Of a stretch of DNA of 64,000 bases, positions 1 to 13,060 are shown one piece after another. Under the pieces are notes generated by a model that had not been told where the DNA came from, did no database searches, and saw nothing but the letters and a program-made list of their open reading frames with translations. The DNA is from Squalus acanthias. Taxonomy: Eukaryota. Each line of letters starts with the position of its first letter. The stretch's first letter is position 1. Made by a program: the position numbers and the translations under genes. The stretch is from NCBI GenBank assembly GCA_030390025.1, contig CM059433.1, positions 13,146,001 to 13,210,000 of the forward strand, read 5' to 3'.

Positions 1-1244
1 CGATGAAGTGCTGTACAATTTTGGGCAAGTGCGTGGTCAGTTCTTGTTTCCTTTCTGTTGTCAAATTCTCATATTAATGCCTGAAGCTAAAGAATCAAAA
101 ATGATTAAAGATAATTGCTCAGAAATGTTTGCAGGCCAGTTGGCTTTTTAGAGTCGATTGTGCCTAGTATGAAGATACACTGGTAGGTTAACTTTATATA
201 GAAGGTGAACATGAGTATTTAATCTTTGATACTTTTTTGTGTTACTGGTGAGTATCACCGGTTGAACACACAATATGCAATCTTGGTTTGCAGCTGTTAC
301 TGGCAGAGGGGCCAGCCTGGACTGAGTTGGTTTCTTCGGCATTCTATTTTCTTCCTATGTGAATACTCTCAATCTATTTTAAGACTGTTTATGAATGTTT
401 TAAGTGTGAGAAATCAAACCTACCAAACATTCTTTAGTGTTGCAAACAAGGAAGCAGAGAAAAAATGCTTGGTCAATATACAGCAGCTTTATAAGGCTAA
501 AATGCGATTGGTGATCTGCTCTCTTTCAATCCTCCACAATTTGCTGCAGGTTGGCTTACTCGTGGGTGCACTATTCTGGGGATTGCCAGGTTTTTATTTG
601 GATGCAAAAAAATATATTAAAAAATGTGAACTTGTAATGCCATGAAACACCATTGTTAATCTTTTTAGTTCTGTGCTTCCAAATTAGCAACACAAAAAAA
701 AAGTGGTCTCTGGGTACTCTCTTTTTCTCCAGCCAACGGGGTATTCTTTTCCAAGGTTGATTTAATGAAAGGTGGGAGTGAGAAGGCTGAAGGAGAAAAG
801 GAAAGTCAAAGATTTTAAATATCAAAAAGTTAGAACAGATCGAGCAGAAAAGAATTTGATTAAAGAAACAGTAAATTCAAATTTAAAATAAAAATACTGG
901 GAATAGTATAAAGGCACGGGGTGAGCACAAGCGAAGGGTTTTGAGTTTTTAATTTATGTTTTTGGTGTATGGTAATCTGCCATTAGTATTTTAATTAATC
1001 TATTTCTTATATCAGAATAGTTTTATTACTGCAGTAATTTATTCAGCGTCTGTGCTTAAAACTTTCAAATTCCGTCAGCCCAGGTAGAGGGGAATGCCAT
1101 CATTATTCTGAAGAGCAAAGTATTCCTCTTCATTGTTCTACAGCGTGCTACATAAAACTGTGGCAAGTATACAATTAACATGGACAGGTGACCATACCAA
1201 CTCTGCGATTCTTTACCAGCCTCCTTCCTTCCTGTCTCTATTGA

Positions 1245-1425
1245 CAAAAGTGAGAAGTCGCACAACACCAGGTTATAGTCCAGGAATATTCCTTCACTTC
1301 ACCTGACGGAGGGAGCAGCAGCTCCGAAAGCTTGTGATTTCAAATAAAACTGTTGGACTATAACCTGGTGTTGTGCGACTTCTCACTTTTGTCCACCCCA
1401 GTCCAACACCGGCATCTCCGCATCA
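1245..1425 (+). mobile_element. Penelope-like terminal fragment (family A) with partial inverted arm and degenerate hammerhead
   Basis: near-identical to 8133-8383; 12-bp TSD tgtct(c/t)tattga at 1233-1244/1426-1437; core reads CTGACGG instead of CTGACGA. Confidence 0.75.
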
Positions 1426-3854
1426 TGTCTTTATTGAAAGTGAGTTACAGCTTCAGGGCACGAGCAGCCCTGCGCTACTTTGCCCAAATAGCTTATCTTC
1501 ATATGTAACCCAGATGGTGAGCGCAGGGCATCAAAGTTCAAGCTAAGATCCACGTGCATGCTTTCCAACGGGAGTCAATGCATTGCAACCAAGATTGGGA
1601 ATTCTAGCTTATGTTTCTTTTAAATTGTTTCTTTTAAATTATTTCTCTCCACTCACCCCAACCCTACCACCCTCTCCTTTATCTTGGGCCTTTTCACTGT
1701 TCCAACAACTACTCTGGCTAAGATCAGATAACTCCACTCAGAAATCAAATCTAGCATCTTCTTGGTTTGCACGGCTCAGTAGCACATCACATTGGGGAGC
1801 ATCTTGTGTGATTTATATCGATTTATTAAAAAGGAACCATTGGGGCTTTGGGGAGCATCTTGTGTGATTTTTATACCGATTTTTATTAAAAGGTACCACA
1901 GAGCACGTACCAGTTTGACCTCTGCAATGGGAACACCAGAGGTCCTCTGATGCCATTGTGCAGCAGATAATGCACCGAGTACAAATTTTAGCTGTGTGAG
2001 CTACTGTCTAATTCAGTTACAAAACTGCTGAACTTGAAAGGAAAAGGAGGATTAACAGCATTAGGGTTGCATTAACTTGTGACGTGTGCTGTCAGTTTAC
2101 TTAATTTTCACAAGTGTTTAAATAGGAAAATTATAGCTTCAGTGTATAGTTACGTTTACTCTGATTTCTGACTGCTTTGTATAATGGATTCCACAATAGC
2201 TCATATTTTGACTGCTTTGTATAATGGATTCCACAATCGCTCCTAACGCATAACTTGGTGAACTTTTGTGAGCATTCAGGTTTTTTTTTCCTCGAGCCAT
2301 TTTGTGTACTTGCTCATGCTAGAATTACTATCACTGGACAGGTAGACAGGAGTAAAGATTCAGTCACTTGAAAGCACAAAATACACATCGGTTAAATGAG
2401 TCGAGCTGGTCTGAATCTGATGGGCGAATGCAGATTGTGTCGACCAATTCAAAGGGCAATGCATCGTCAAAAATGAGAAGCGTCAAGAAAAAAATAAGTT
2501 TACCCTTCCTGCTGTATTGGCTTGAAGATTTGTTTTTTGACATATTGGCAGCAGCAGGGATCCATCATTGCCATGGATCAATTCACAGCACTGTTTACTG
2601 CATTTAATATCAACTTCATATTGAGAGATATTTGATCTTAGTTTTGGGTTTCGATGTACGAAACTACTTCCCGTTCGCGCTCGTTATTTGGAATATTTGT
2701 TTCAAGGATAGCATTCAAATCCAAAATCGGAACAAAATATAACAATTATTTTTTGCTTATCTGATTATTCAACGCAATAAATGCATCAATTTACTGCCGC
2801 ATTAATTTTGCAGAAAAATGGTTGCGTAAGATGCTGAAGTGCTTTTCTCCTAGTTTGGGTCAGATTGAATTGCTGAGTGATTTAAATGGGATGAGCTACT
2901 GAGATTTTTAAACAAGCTTTATTGTATGGAGCGGTTAGCAATCCTGATCAAAACATTAAGCTTCCTAGTAAACTTCTGTCAAACTGTGTACATGTTTTAG
3001 TCCTGTAAATATACTTGCCATGTACAGCAGTTTTACAAACTCTGCCTGAAATGGCAGGCATGCAAGTAACTGGTTTAGTGGATTTCGCTGTAGTTTCTTT
3101 CCAAGAGTTCAAGCATATTTTTTTAGGTTTATTCTCCACATGCACAACGTGTGTTGGCAATGATCCAGATCGAGCTTTTGAAGAACAGATGTGAAAACTC
3201 TTCACAAACAGAAAGTTTAGGAAATGTTTTTCATACCTGTTTTCCAAAAGCATATTGCCTCCTGGTATTTCATGACGACATCATCTTCCATAACATATCT
3301 TTTCCGTATCTCGGTTCGTCTTCCTTAATTGCCTGCTTCAGTCATGCGTTTCAGTAACGTTCCAGTAATCTTCTGTTTGCAAACAATTTTGTCAGACTCC
3401 GAACTAGACTTTTGCAACCACTGCATGTTACAGAAATGCATATCCTGCCATGAATAGTTGTAGCTTGTCCCTGATGTCGTCCGATTAGGACTGTCTAAAT
3501 TCTGGCTGACCTCCCGGAAGACCAATGAATTATCCTTGAGGAAAACTCTAATTGAATAGTTGAAACTTCAGTAGCCCAAGTTACAAAATCAAGACATCCC
3601 ATTCCTGTCTTCAAGACATAGAATAGAGTGAGTAATGGCAGACTTAATGTTCTGGGCAGTCTTTATTTAGTTACCAGCACAGATGGAGTAGGAATCCATC
3701 ACATGGCACAGTTAGGTTGTCTCTTGCGCTTCCTCCCCTCCCGATTCCTTATTTGGCTGTCAGTGTGATGAAGAGTCAGGATTGTCAATTGATACCAGCT
3801 TTGACTCTGGATACTTGACTATACTCTTGCGTTAGAGCAATCTACAGATACTAG

Positions 3855-4285
3855 AATGGTACCAGGGATGAGAAACTTCAGTTATATGGAGAGACTGGAG
3901 AAGCTGGGGCCGTTCTCCTTTAGAGCAGAGAAGGTTAAGAGGAGATTTGATAGAGGTGTTCAAAATCATGAATGGCTTTGATAGAGTAGCAGAAAAGGCC
4001 GGTTACCAGAGGACACCGATTTAAGGTGATTGGTAAAAGAACCAGAGGCGACATGAGGTAACTTTTTTTTTACATAGCGAGTTGTTGTGATCTGGAATGC
4101 ACTGCCTGAAAGGATAGTGGAAGCAAATTCAATAGTAACTTTCAAAAGAGAATTTGATAAATACTTGAAGGGAAAAAATATACAGGGCTATGGGGAAAGA
4201 GCAGGATTAATTGGATAGCTCTACCGAAGAACCGACACAGGCACGATGGGCTGAATGGCCTCCTTCTGTGCTGTATCATTCTACG
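3855..4285 (+). mobile_element. CR1/HER1-like LINE 3' fragment
   Basis: degenerate YxERLxKLGxFSLEQRRLRGDLIEVFKI...VVxIWNALP and CR1 3' UTR (gggctgaatggcctccttctgtgctg). Confidence 0.85.
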
Positions 4286-5168
4286 TTTCTATACTCTGCC
4301 AGAGTGATGTAGGTCACCAGAAATCATTTGACATGTGCACCAAGGACATAAAACTCCCAATGCATAACATAGCTCTTTAGACATCAACATGAACCATGAG
4401 GGACTGTTCCAAATTTCCAGGTCTGCATTAGGTATTATCCTGGGTTGAGTGTCCGTGGTTTCTTCCATTAGCAGGCCCCGCATTTCCCACTATAAGGGCA
4501 GCATGGTCCAACCCACAGACATCTTCATCAATAGTGCAAACCCATCCCTAGCCCACATATTTTAAGAGATGATCCCTCCCTGTCCACATTCCCTCTCCAG
4601 CTACCCGAATAGCATGGTTAGAGAGGGCAGCATGTAATTGAGCCATACAGACCAGAAGGTCCTAGGTTCAGTTACCAAACAGCACTGAGTTAGCGGATCT
4701 CAGCTGGCGTGGTAGTTGAAATCATTCTGTGCAATCAAAAACATTGCAAAATTTCAGTTTTATTATCCATGCAAGATTTTGGAATACAAGCAGAATGGTA
4801 CTGTGGTGTCAACATATTAGAACTGTGATGAAGTAATAGTGTTGGTGAAGCTAAGAAAACTGATGTTCAGTGGAAAAAAAAAACTATAATTGTTACTGGT
4901 TTTTACTTCTGTTGATGTCCACAGCTCTGGTACTTATTAGCTGGTGTCTAATTCTTTTAGTGTCTGAGAAGTTGATTTGGGTGACATATTGACCAAGGTA
5001 GCAATGGGTTAATGGCCAATACCTTGAATTCTAGTTGTTTTCTTGGCCAGCGTCGAGAGCACCATGTTTTAACTTGGTAGCAGCATGCAAAAACTAGTGT
5101 CTTATTGCTCACTTAAAAAAAAAAGTTATGCATATTTTTCAGAGATTTGAACTATTAGTTAATTCTAC

Positions 5169-5741
5169 AGGGGAAAAATTGGGGTGCGCTACTTTTAGCG
5201 CCCCGAAAAAGTTAGCGCCCCTGCACCCGAAATTGAATGGTAGCGCCCCAAGCAGGAGGCGGGGCGCTACTGGAAGCGCTCCCCCTCCCTCTTGGGGCGC
5301 TCCCATTGAATATCGCGGCGCTACGCGTAACAGCGCCACGCACATTGGCACGTAGCGCCGCGGTACTACAGGCCTCCCTCCCCTGATTAAAAGGGAGCGG
5401 CCTAGCGCAGCGTGCACCGGGGACCTGCTGGGCCACCGGGGAGCGGGGTGCCGGCAAAAGAGCCCAGCACTCGAGGAGCACCGGGCTGACCGATCGCGGC
5501 CGGCACCCCGCAGGAGGAGGCGAGAAGGGGGCAGGTGCTGGCAGGCGGCCCCCAAAAAAATGGCCGCCCGGCACCTGCCCTTTAATTATCGTCACCCTGG
5601 CTGCAAACACGGCACCCTGACCCTGTCTGACATGGCGGGAGGCGTTAGCGGCACCGTGCCTGGGCGCTAGCTGCTTTGCATCCCAATAGCACCCCCCTCA
5701 GGGCGCTAACTTGAGGCGCAAAGCAACCCAATATTTCCCCC
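5169..5741. mobile_element. GC-rich Harbinger-type MITE
   Basis: imperfect TIR ggggaaaaattggg / cccaatatttcccc; repeated (t)agcgcc motifs; clearly homologous to 16537-16957. Confidence 0.7.
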
Positions 5742-8186
5742 TACGATCCTTTGCTTCCAGCTGTGAAACTGCACTTGAATGTATCACCAGCTGGAGACGG
5801 GGCTGCTTTGGTCCTCGAAGCCATGCTCCCCTCGGGCACAGCTTTCCACTCAGACCACAGGAATCACAAAATTAATCCTTAAATTTGCATACAGTCATTC
5901 TACTTTTTTCGGGCTTGGAGCAAATATTCTTGCTCACCATTGTCCTCCTCAAAAGACTATTTGTCATTTCAACAAGTCTTCAGCCGTTCCTCAGTGCTGA
6001 GCTCCCAGGTAACACACACGTTCCCATTTACATTGAAACTTTTCACTTAACCTGAGCTCTGTTTTGACCATGCAGCGGAAATTTCTTAACCTGTTCATTT
6101 ATTTCCTCGTTGAGAAATTGTTCTGTTTACCAGCCATTTCCTTATCTCTGCCTCATGGTAGTGCAGAGGCAGAGGCATTGACATCAACAGCAAATAACAA
6201 GCAAAACACCACTGAGCAAAGTTTTTCCTCTGTCTTCCCGTATCAAAATTCAACATTGTGGGAAAGCAGCCAATGCTTTTGTTCAGAACCCTGTTAAAGA
6301 TGCTTTGGTGGCTGGAAGCGCTTATCTAAAATATTTCCATATGTGGAATAGATGATTCTAATCTCTGAATGCTGGTCCCATTTCAACCATGATGATGGGA
6401 TTGTGGTTTCAACTATTCGATGTAGAAAACGGGCTATTGGATTCCCAAGAATTTCAGTTCACAGCTTCTCTACATTAATGGTTAATAATTTTAATGGCCT
6501 GACCATGGAGAAGGAATGGTTTGATCATCAATGGGCCTGCTTTTACATCAAAGGAAGGCCTCTCATAATTGAAGAATCGCCAGGTCTCCAGCCATGTCCC
6601 TTGTTTCTGAGCCGGCTGTACCCCCATATGTTAGGGAATGAGAGAAGCTCCAAGAAGTCAGTTCCCATCTCACTTTCACTAGAAAGTGTAATTTAGAAAT
6701 TACTTAAAAGGACTATAAGGAGTTGGGGTATCTTTCTTTTTGATTTGGAAGTCTGACTGTAATTCGAGTTGATCTTTAATCTTTAAAAAATTGGATTATC
6801 CAACAATTTGAATTACATTTGAAAAGCAATGTAATCAAAACCAGAAAGTAGGAACTTCCCTCTAAAAAATAGCTCAGTGATCAGAAGCAATTTTGAATTA
6901 AGAGGAGTAGATTGCATTGTGCTTTCTGTCTTGCTGTCTCTTACTGATTCTCTATTATTTAATCTGTAAATACATTTGATCAAATAGTTTTAGTCTGTAT
7001 GTATTAGCCTTTTGCAGCTGTATTTTCTGGATGGGACATGAGCACATGGTGGCTTTCTCACACATTCTCCAGTGATCAATATGACTGGAGGTCAACTGTC
7101 CCACCTGGGTGCTAAACGATGCCTGGTACATATAAAAGCACAGGTTTTAGATCATGTGAGACTCGATCTGTTTCTGAAAATGACAGACTTGTTAAATGAA
7201 TAGCTTTTATCAACTTTCTCAGTGGAGGAAGAGTACAAAATACTAGCAGTACAGGGGAACCTAAAATTAAGGGGAGGAAATTGAGAGGAGGAACTTAGTG
7301 AATTTAGCGTCCTTTTTTTAATAAACGGTAGTGAAGAAAATAATGGGACTTAAGATAGACATATTTCGAGGTTCTGATGGTTTTTATCCCAGGGTATTAA
7401 AAGAAATATGTGAGGAAATTGCCGATGAGTTAGTCATAGTTTTACAAAGCTCTCTAGATTTGGGAATTATGCTTTGGATTGGAAAATTGCAGATGTCCAT
7501 TATTTAAGACTGGAGGGAAGGAGAAACCCGGTCACTACAGAAATATCCGTTTAACATCACTTGTGGGGATGTTACTTGAATTTATCATTAGAGACCGAGT
7601 GACTGAGCACTTAGACAAATATCAACTGCTCAAAGAGAGTCATCATGGATTTGTGAAGGTAGGTCATGGCTGACTAATGTAGTTGAATTGTTTGAGGAGG
7701 TCACTAGCATGGTGGGTAGGGAACTTGTAGGGGATACAGTGCCGATTCACCAGAATGATACTGTGGCTTAAAGAGTTAAGCTATGCGTGCAGGGGTGACC
7801 TAATCAAGGTTTTTAAAATGATAAACTGAATCGATAGGGTAGATAAAGAGATACTATGTCCTCTAATGGGAAAATCCAGAACAAGGGGGCATAATCTTCA
7901 AATCAGAGCTGGGCCATTTAGGAGTGAAATCAGGAAGCAGTTTTTCTACAAAAGATAGTAGAAATCTGAAACTTTCTCCTGAAAAGGCCATGGATGCATG
8001 GATGCTGGGTCGATTGGAATCTTCAAGACCAAGACCAATAGATTTTTGTTAGGTAAGGATATCGAGGGATTGTGGAGCAAAGGTGGGTAAATTGAGTTGA
8101 GGTAAAGATCAGCCGTGATCTAATTAAATGGTCAAAAGTGAGAAGTCGCACAACACCAGGTTATAGTCCAACAGCTTTATTTGAAA

Positions 8187-8224
8187 TCACAAGCTTTCGG
8201 AGCGGCTGCTCCTTCGTCAGGTGA
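8187..8224 (-). ncRNA. Minimal type I hammerhead ribozyme motif (family A)
   Basis: reverse strand reads tcac CTGACGA aggagcagccgctcc GAAA gc TT gtga. Confidence 0.75.
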
Positions 8225-8257
8225 AGTGAAGAAATGCTTTTTCTTCATTTCTTCATT

Positions 8258-8295
8258 TCACCTGACGAAGGAGCAGCAGCTCCGAAAGCTTGTGA
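8258..8295 (+). ncRNA. Minimal type I hammerhead ribozyme motif (family A)
   Basis: tcac CTGACGA a-ggagc-agca-gctcc GAAA gc TT gtga: stem I tcac/gtga, stem II, palindromic AGCT stem III. Confidence 0.8.
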
Positions 8296-9141
8296 TTTCA
8301 AATAAAGCTGTTGGACTACAACCTGGTGTTGTGCGACTTCTCACTTTTGTCCACCCCAGTCCAACACCGGCATCTCCACATCATAATTAAATGGTGAAAC
8401 AGGCTTGAGGGGCTGACTTGCCTGCTCCTGTTCCAAAACCATTTTTTGTCATGAACCCAAGAATGTGTTGCGGGGGAAGCCCAAACTTGCACATTTGGTG
8501 ACTGCCAAAGTGGGATTGACATCACTTGTAAACCAAATAGTTTGTTAAAAGCTTAAATTCAAATAAATCATCAGAAGCAAACAATACAGGACGTGTATAT
8601 CGATTTAAAGTCTCCATGAGTTGTATAGAATGTTTTAACCAGAAAGCTGGTTGGCATTATTTAGGCCAGATCACTTGAGCAAGGTAACAGACAGGTTCTC
8701 ACGAGAGGCAACCGACTTCCTGAGGGAGGGAGTGATGTGACTGAGAGAAATTTCTCTCATACAGTTTTCAAAATATCCCAAATTAAAATAAAAGCTGTTT
8801 TCCCTCATCAAAATTCAACATGGAGGATCACAGATGCTGTGTCTTTGGGAAAACAGCCAATCTTCAGAAATCAATGAAATCAAAGTTGCTTTGATGGCCA
8901 GAACCATGAATTTAAAATCTCAATATTGTGAATTGACCATTCTAATCTCTCTGAATGTTGATTCCTTTTCAACCGATGGATTGCAATTTCAACTACAGTC
9001 AGCTGTCAAAATCAAACAGGTTATTAGATTACCAGGAAATTTCAGTTCACAACATCAGTGTTAAAAGTGGTTAACAGTTGTAATGAACTGATAATGAAGA
9101 AAGAATAGTTTGATCATCAAAGGGTCTGCCTTTACATCAAA

Positions 9142-11579
9142 GAAATCTGCCGTCCTTACCGGATCTGGCCTATATGTGACTCCAGACCCACAGCAATGTG
9201 GTTGACTCTTAACTGCCCTCTGAAATGGCCGAGCAAGCCACTCAGTTGTAACGAACCGCTAAGAAAAGCAATAATAAGAATAAAACCGGACGGACCACCC
9301 GGCATCAACCTAGACACCGGCTTCGGACACGACAACAGCACACCCAGCCCAGTCAACCCTGCAAAGTCCTCCTCACAAACATCCGGGGACTAGTACCAAA
9401 ATTAGGAGAGATGTCCCAAAGACTAGTCAAGCAACAGCTTGACATAGTTATACTCACAGGATCATACCTTTCAGCCAATGTCCCAGATGAAGTCCCATCT
9501 TCACAATGAGGACCCCCTCCATTGTGTTGTGTGGCACTACCACCGTGCGAAATGGGATAGATTCAGAACAGATCTAGCAGCTCAAAACTGGGCACCCATG
9601 AAGCGCTGTGGGCCATCAGCAGCAGCAGAATTGTATTCCACCACAATCTGTACCCTCATGGCCCGGCATCTCCCTCACTTTATCATTACCTTCAAGCCAG
9701 GGGACCAACCCTGGTTCAATGAGGAGTGCAGAAGAGCATGCCAGGAGCAGCACCAGGCGTACCTAAAAATGAGTTGCCAACTTGGGGAAGCTGCAACACA
9801 GGACTACATGCATGCTAAACAGTGGAAGCAGCATGCTATAGACAGAGCTAAGTGATCCTACAATCAATGGATAAGATCAAAGCTGTGCACTCCTGCCACA
9901 TCCAGTCATGAATGGTGGTGGACAATTAAACAACTAATGGGAGGAGGAGGCTCCAAGAATATCCCCATCCTCAATGATAGTGGAGCCTAGCACGTGAGTG
10001 CAAAAGACAAGGCTGAAGTGTTTGCAACCATCTTCAGCCAGAAGTGCTGAGTGGATGATCCGTATCGGCCTCCTCCTGATGTCCCCACCATCACAGAAAC
10101 CAGTCTTCAGCCAATTTGATTCACTCCACATGGTATCTAAACGTCTGAGCACACTGGATACAGCAAAGGCTATGGACCCCAATAACATCCCGGCTATTCT
10201 GCTGAAGACTTGTGCTCCAGAACTAGCCGTGCCTCTTGGCCAAGCTGTTCCAGTACAGCTACAATACTGGCATCTATCCGACAATGTGGAAAACTGCCCC
10301 GGTATGTCCTGTCCACAAAAAGCATGACAAATCCAATCCGGCCAATTACTGCTCTATCAGTCTACTCTCAATCATCAGCAAAGTGATGGAGGGTGTCATC
10401 AAAAGTGCTATCAAGCAGCACTTACTCATCAATAACCTGCTCACTGATGCTCAGTTTGGGTTCCTCCAGACCTCATTACAGCCTTGGTCCAAACATGGAC
10501 AAAAGAGCTGAATTCAAGAGGTGAGGTGAGAGTGACTGCCCTTGACATAAAGGCAGCATTTGACTGAGTGTGGCATCACAGAGCCCGAGTAAAATTGAAG
10601 TCAATGGGAAGCAAAGGGAAAACTCTCCACTGGCTGGAGTCATACGTAGCATAAAAGAAGGTGGTTGTGGTTGGTGGAGGTCAATAATTTCAGCTCCAGG
10701 ACATCACTGCCGGAGTTCCTCAGGGCAGTGTCCTAGGCCCCAACCATCTTCAGCTGCTTCATCAAACACCTTCCCTCCATCATAAGGTCATAAGTGGGGA
10801 TGTTTGCTGATGATTGCAAGTAACATTCGTGCCACACAAGTGCCAGGCAATGACTATCTCCAACCACCGCCCCTTGACATTCAACGGCATTACCATCGCC
10901 GAATCCCCCACCATCAACATCCTGGGGATCACCATTGACCAGCAACTTAACTGAGTCAGCCACATAAATACTGTGGCAATGAGAACAGGTCAGAGGCTGG
11001 GTATTCTGTGACGAGTGTCTCCCCTCCTGGCTCCCCAAAGCCTTTCTACCACCTACAATGCACAAGTCAGGAGTGTGATGGAAAACCCTCCACTTGCCTG
11101 GATGAGTGCAGCTCCAACAACGCTCAAGAAGCTCGACACCATCCAGGACAAAGCAACCCGCTTGATTGGCACCCCATCCACCACCTTAAACATTCACTCC
11201 CTCCACCACCGGCGTACCGTGGCTGCAGTGTGTACCATCTACAAGATGCACTGCAGCAACTCGCCAAGGCTTCTTCGGCAGCACCTCCCAAACCTGCAAC
11301 CTCTTCCACCTAGAAGGACAAGGGCAGCAGGCGCATGGGAACACCACCACCTCCAAGTTCCCCTCCAAGTCACACACCATCCTGACTTAGAAATATATCT
11401 CCGTTCCTTCATCGTCGCTGGGTCAAAATCCTGGAGCTCCCTCCCTAACAGCACTGTGGGAGTACCTTCACCACACGGACTGCAGCAGTTCAAGAAGGCG
11501 GCATCTCAAGGGCAATTAGGGATGGGCAATAAATGCTGGCCTTGCCAGCGACGCCCACATCCCATGAATGAATAAAAAA
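9142..11579 (+). mobile_element. ORF1-less APE-RT LINE (CR1 group-like), copy 1: 5'-truncated, internally deleted
   Basis: remnants of EN start (TNIRGLVPKLGE), RT (KSNPANY, FADD), C-terminal LHHRRTVAAVCTIYK; structured 3' tail and A-rich end; colinear with 17935-21522. Confidence 0.9.
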
Positions 11580-12289
11580 TGTAGTGGTCCCCAGTTTCCA
11601 GCTTTTTTTCTGTACATGGCAGGAGTGAAAGGGGTGCTATGAGGATTGTTTTGTACGTAACCTCTGTTGTTCAGAAATTACTGAAGAACACTGCAAAGAT
11701 TTTAGACTTGCTGCTTTTTATTTTGTTTCAAAACAGTTTATGTATCATGTAAATCTGATTATTGACCCTCAGTATCTTGCTATGTTTTGCTGCCTCTAAA
11801 CATCATTTAACACATACCGGGCACACGTTATGGTGCAGGTTTTGATAGAAAACTCAGTCTGATCATGGGGGGAAATAACTTTTACTACGAACACAAAAGT
11901 GTTGGGAAAAGACTGAATTTTGACGGTATCTTTGCGTGTTCCTTTACTTATGACGTGTTCCAAATTGTAATTGTCAACTGTAGAAACATGTTTAGAACAT
12001 GGATGTTGAGGATTTAGTGCTGAGAAACTGAGCTTCAGTGATTGCACAGTTCGGGGTTTTTCTCTCCATTCATGGAAACCTAGAAAAGCAGCAAAATCTG
12101 ACAACAACAAACAATCCTAAATATAGGCCGATAACATTAAAAAAACAAATCGCAAGTTACTCTTGATCTTGTACTGAATGTCAGAAGTAATGGTCCTAAT
12201 GGAAATAATAAGTAGGCAAACATATATACATGGACTGCGTTCTTCTGTCTCCGGTGTGTCCTCCACTCCTTTCACCCCTTCATTGCCCT

Positions 12290-12500
12290 CCGTGCCTTCA
12301 GCTGTCTAGGGCCTAAGCTCTGGAATCCCCTCCCTAAACCTCGCCGCCTTTCCACCTCCCCCTCTCCTTTAAGACCCTCCTTAAAAACCACTCCTTTTGA
12401 CCAAGCTTTTAGTTATCCCTCCTAAAATCTCCTACTTTGGCGCAACACTGACTCTTGTTTGATTATGCTTCGCATCTTGGGACCCTTTTCTCCATTAAAG
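12290..12500 (+). mobile_element. L2 LINE 3' fragment
   Basis: AFSCLGPKLWNPLP...FKTLLKTxxFDQAF motif typical of the L2 ORF2 end. Confidence 0.7.
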
Positions 12501-12596
12501 AATATATTTTCCCTTCTAGTTTATTTTTCTCTCTCCTTGTGCCTCTCCTAGGCGATTACGTGGCGGCGGGGTGGGTGGGGAGGGAGGGAAGAAATG

Positions 12597-13060
12597 AAAG
12601 AAAGAAAGACTTGCATTTCTATAGCGCCTTTCACGACCACCGGACGTCTCAAAGCACTTTACAGCCAATGAAGTACTTTTGGAGTGGAGTCACTGTTGTA
12701 ATGTGGGAAACGCAGCAGCCAATTTGCGCACAGCAAGCTCCCACAAACAGCAATGTGATAATGACCAGATAATCTGTTTTTGTTATGTTGGTTGAGGGAT
12801 AAATATTGGCCCCAGGACACCTGGGATAACTACCCTGCTCTTCTTTGAAATAGTGGCCATGGGGTCTTTTACTGAGAGAGCAGACGGGGCCTCGGTTTAA
12901 CATCTCATCTGAAAGACGGCACCTCTGACAGTGCGGCACTCCCTCAGCACTGCACTGGAGTGTCAGCCTAGCTTTATGTGCTCAAGTCCCTGGAGTTGGG
13001 ACTTGAACCCACAACCTTCTGACTCAGGCGAGTGTGCGACCCACTGAGCCACAGCTGACA
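12597..13060 (-). mobile_element. SacSINE1-like tRNA/Deu-domain SINE
   Basis: reverse strand has A box tggctcagtgg, B box gggttcaagtcc, conserved body and (tttc)n tail; several copies in the window. Confidence 0.85.

Larger units (their letters stand above)
8133..8383. mobile_element. Penelope-like palindromic insert (family A)
   Basis: ~100-bp inverted arms (about 8133-8230 / 8250-8349); exact 12-bp TSD taattaaatggt at 8121-8132/8384-8395. Confidence 0.8.
7200..8435 (+). mobile_element. Decayed, internally deleted CR1 LINE, interrupted by a Penelope-like insert
   Basis: RT remnant PLFKTGGKEKPGHYRNIRLTSLVG...HHGFVK and CR1 3' UTR split at the TSD taattaaatggt. Confidence 0.8.
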
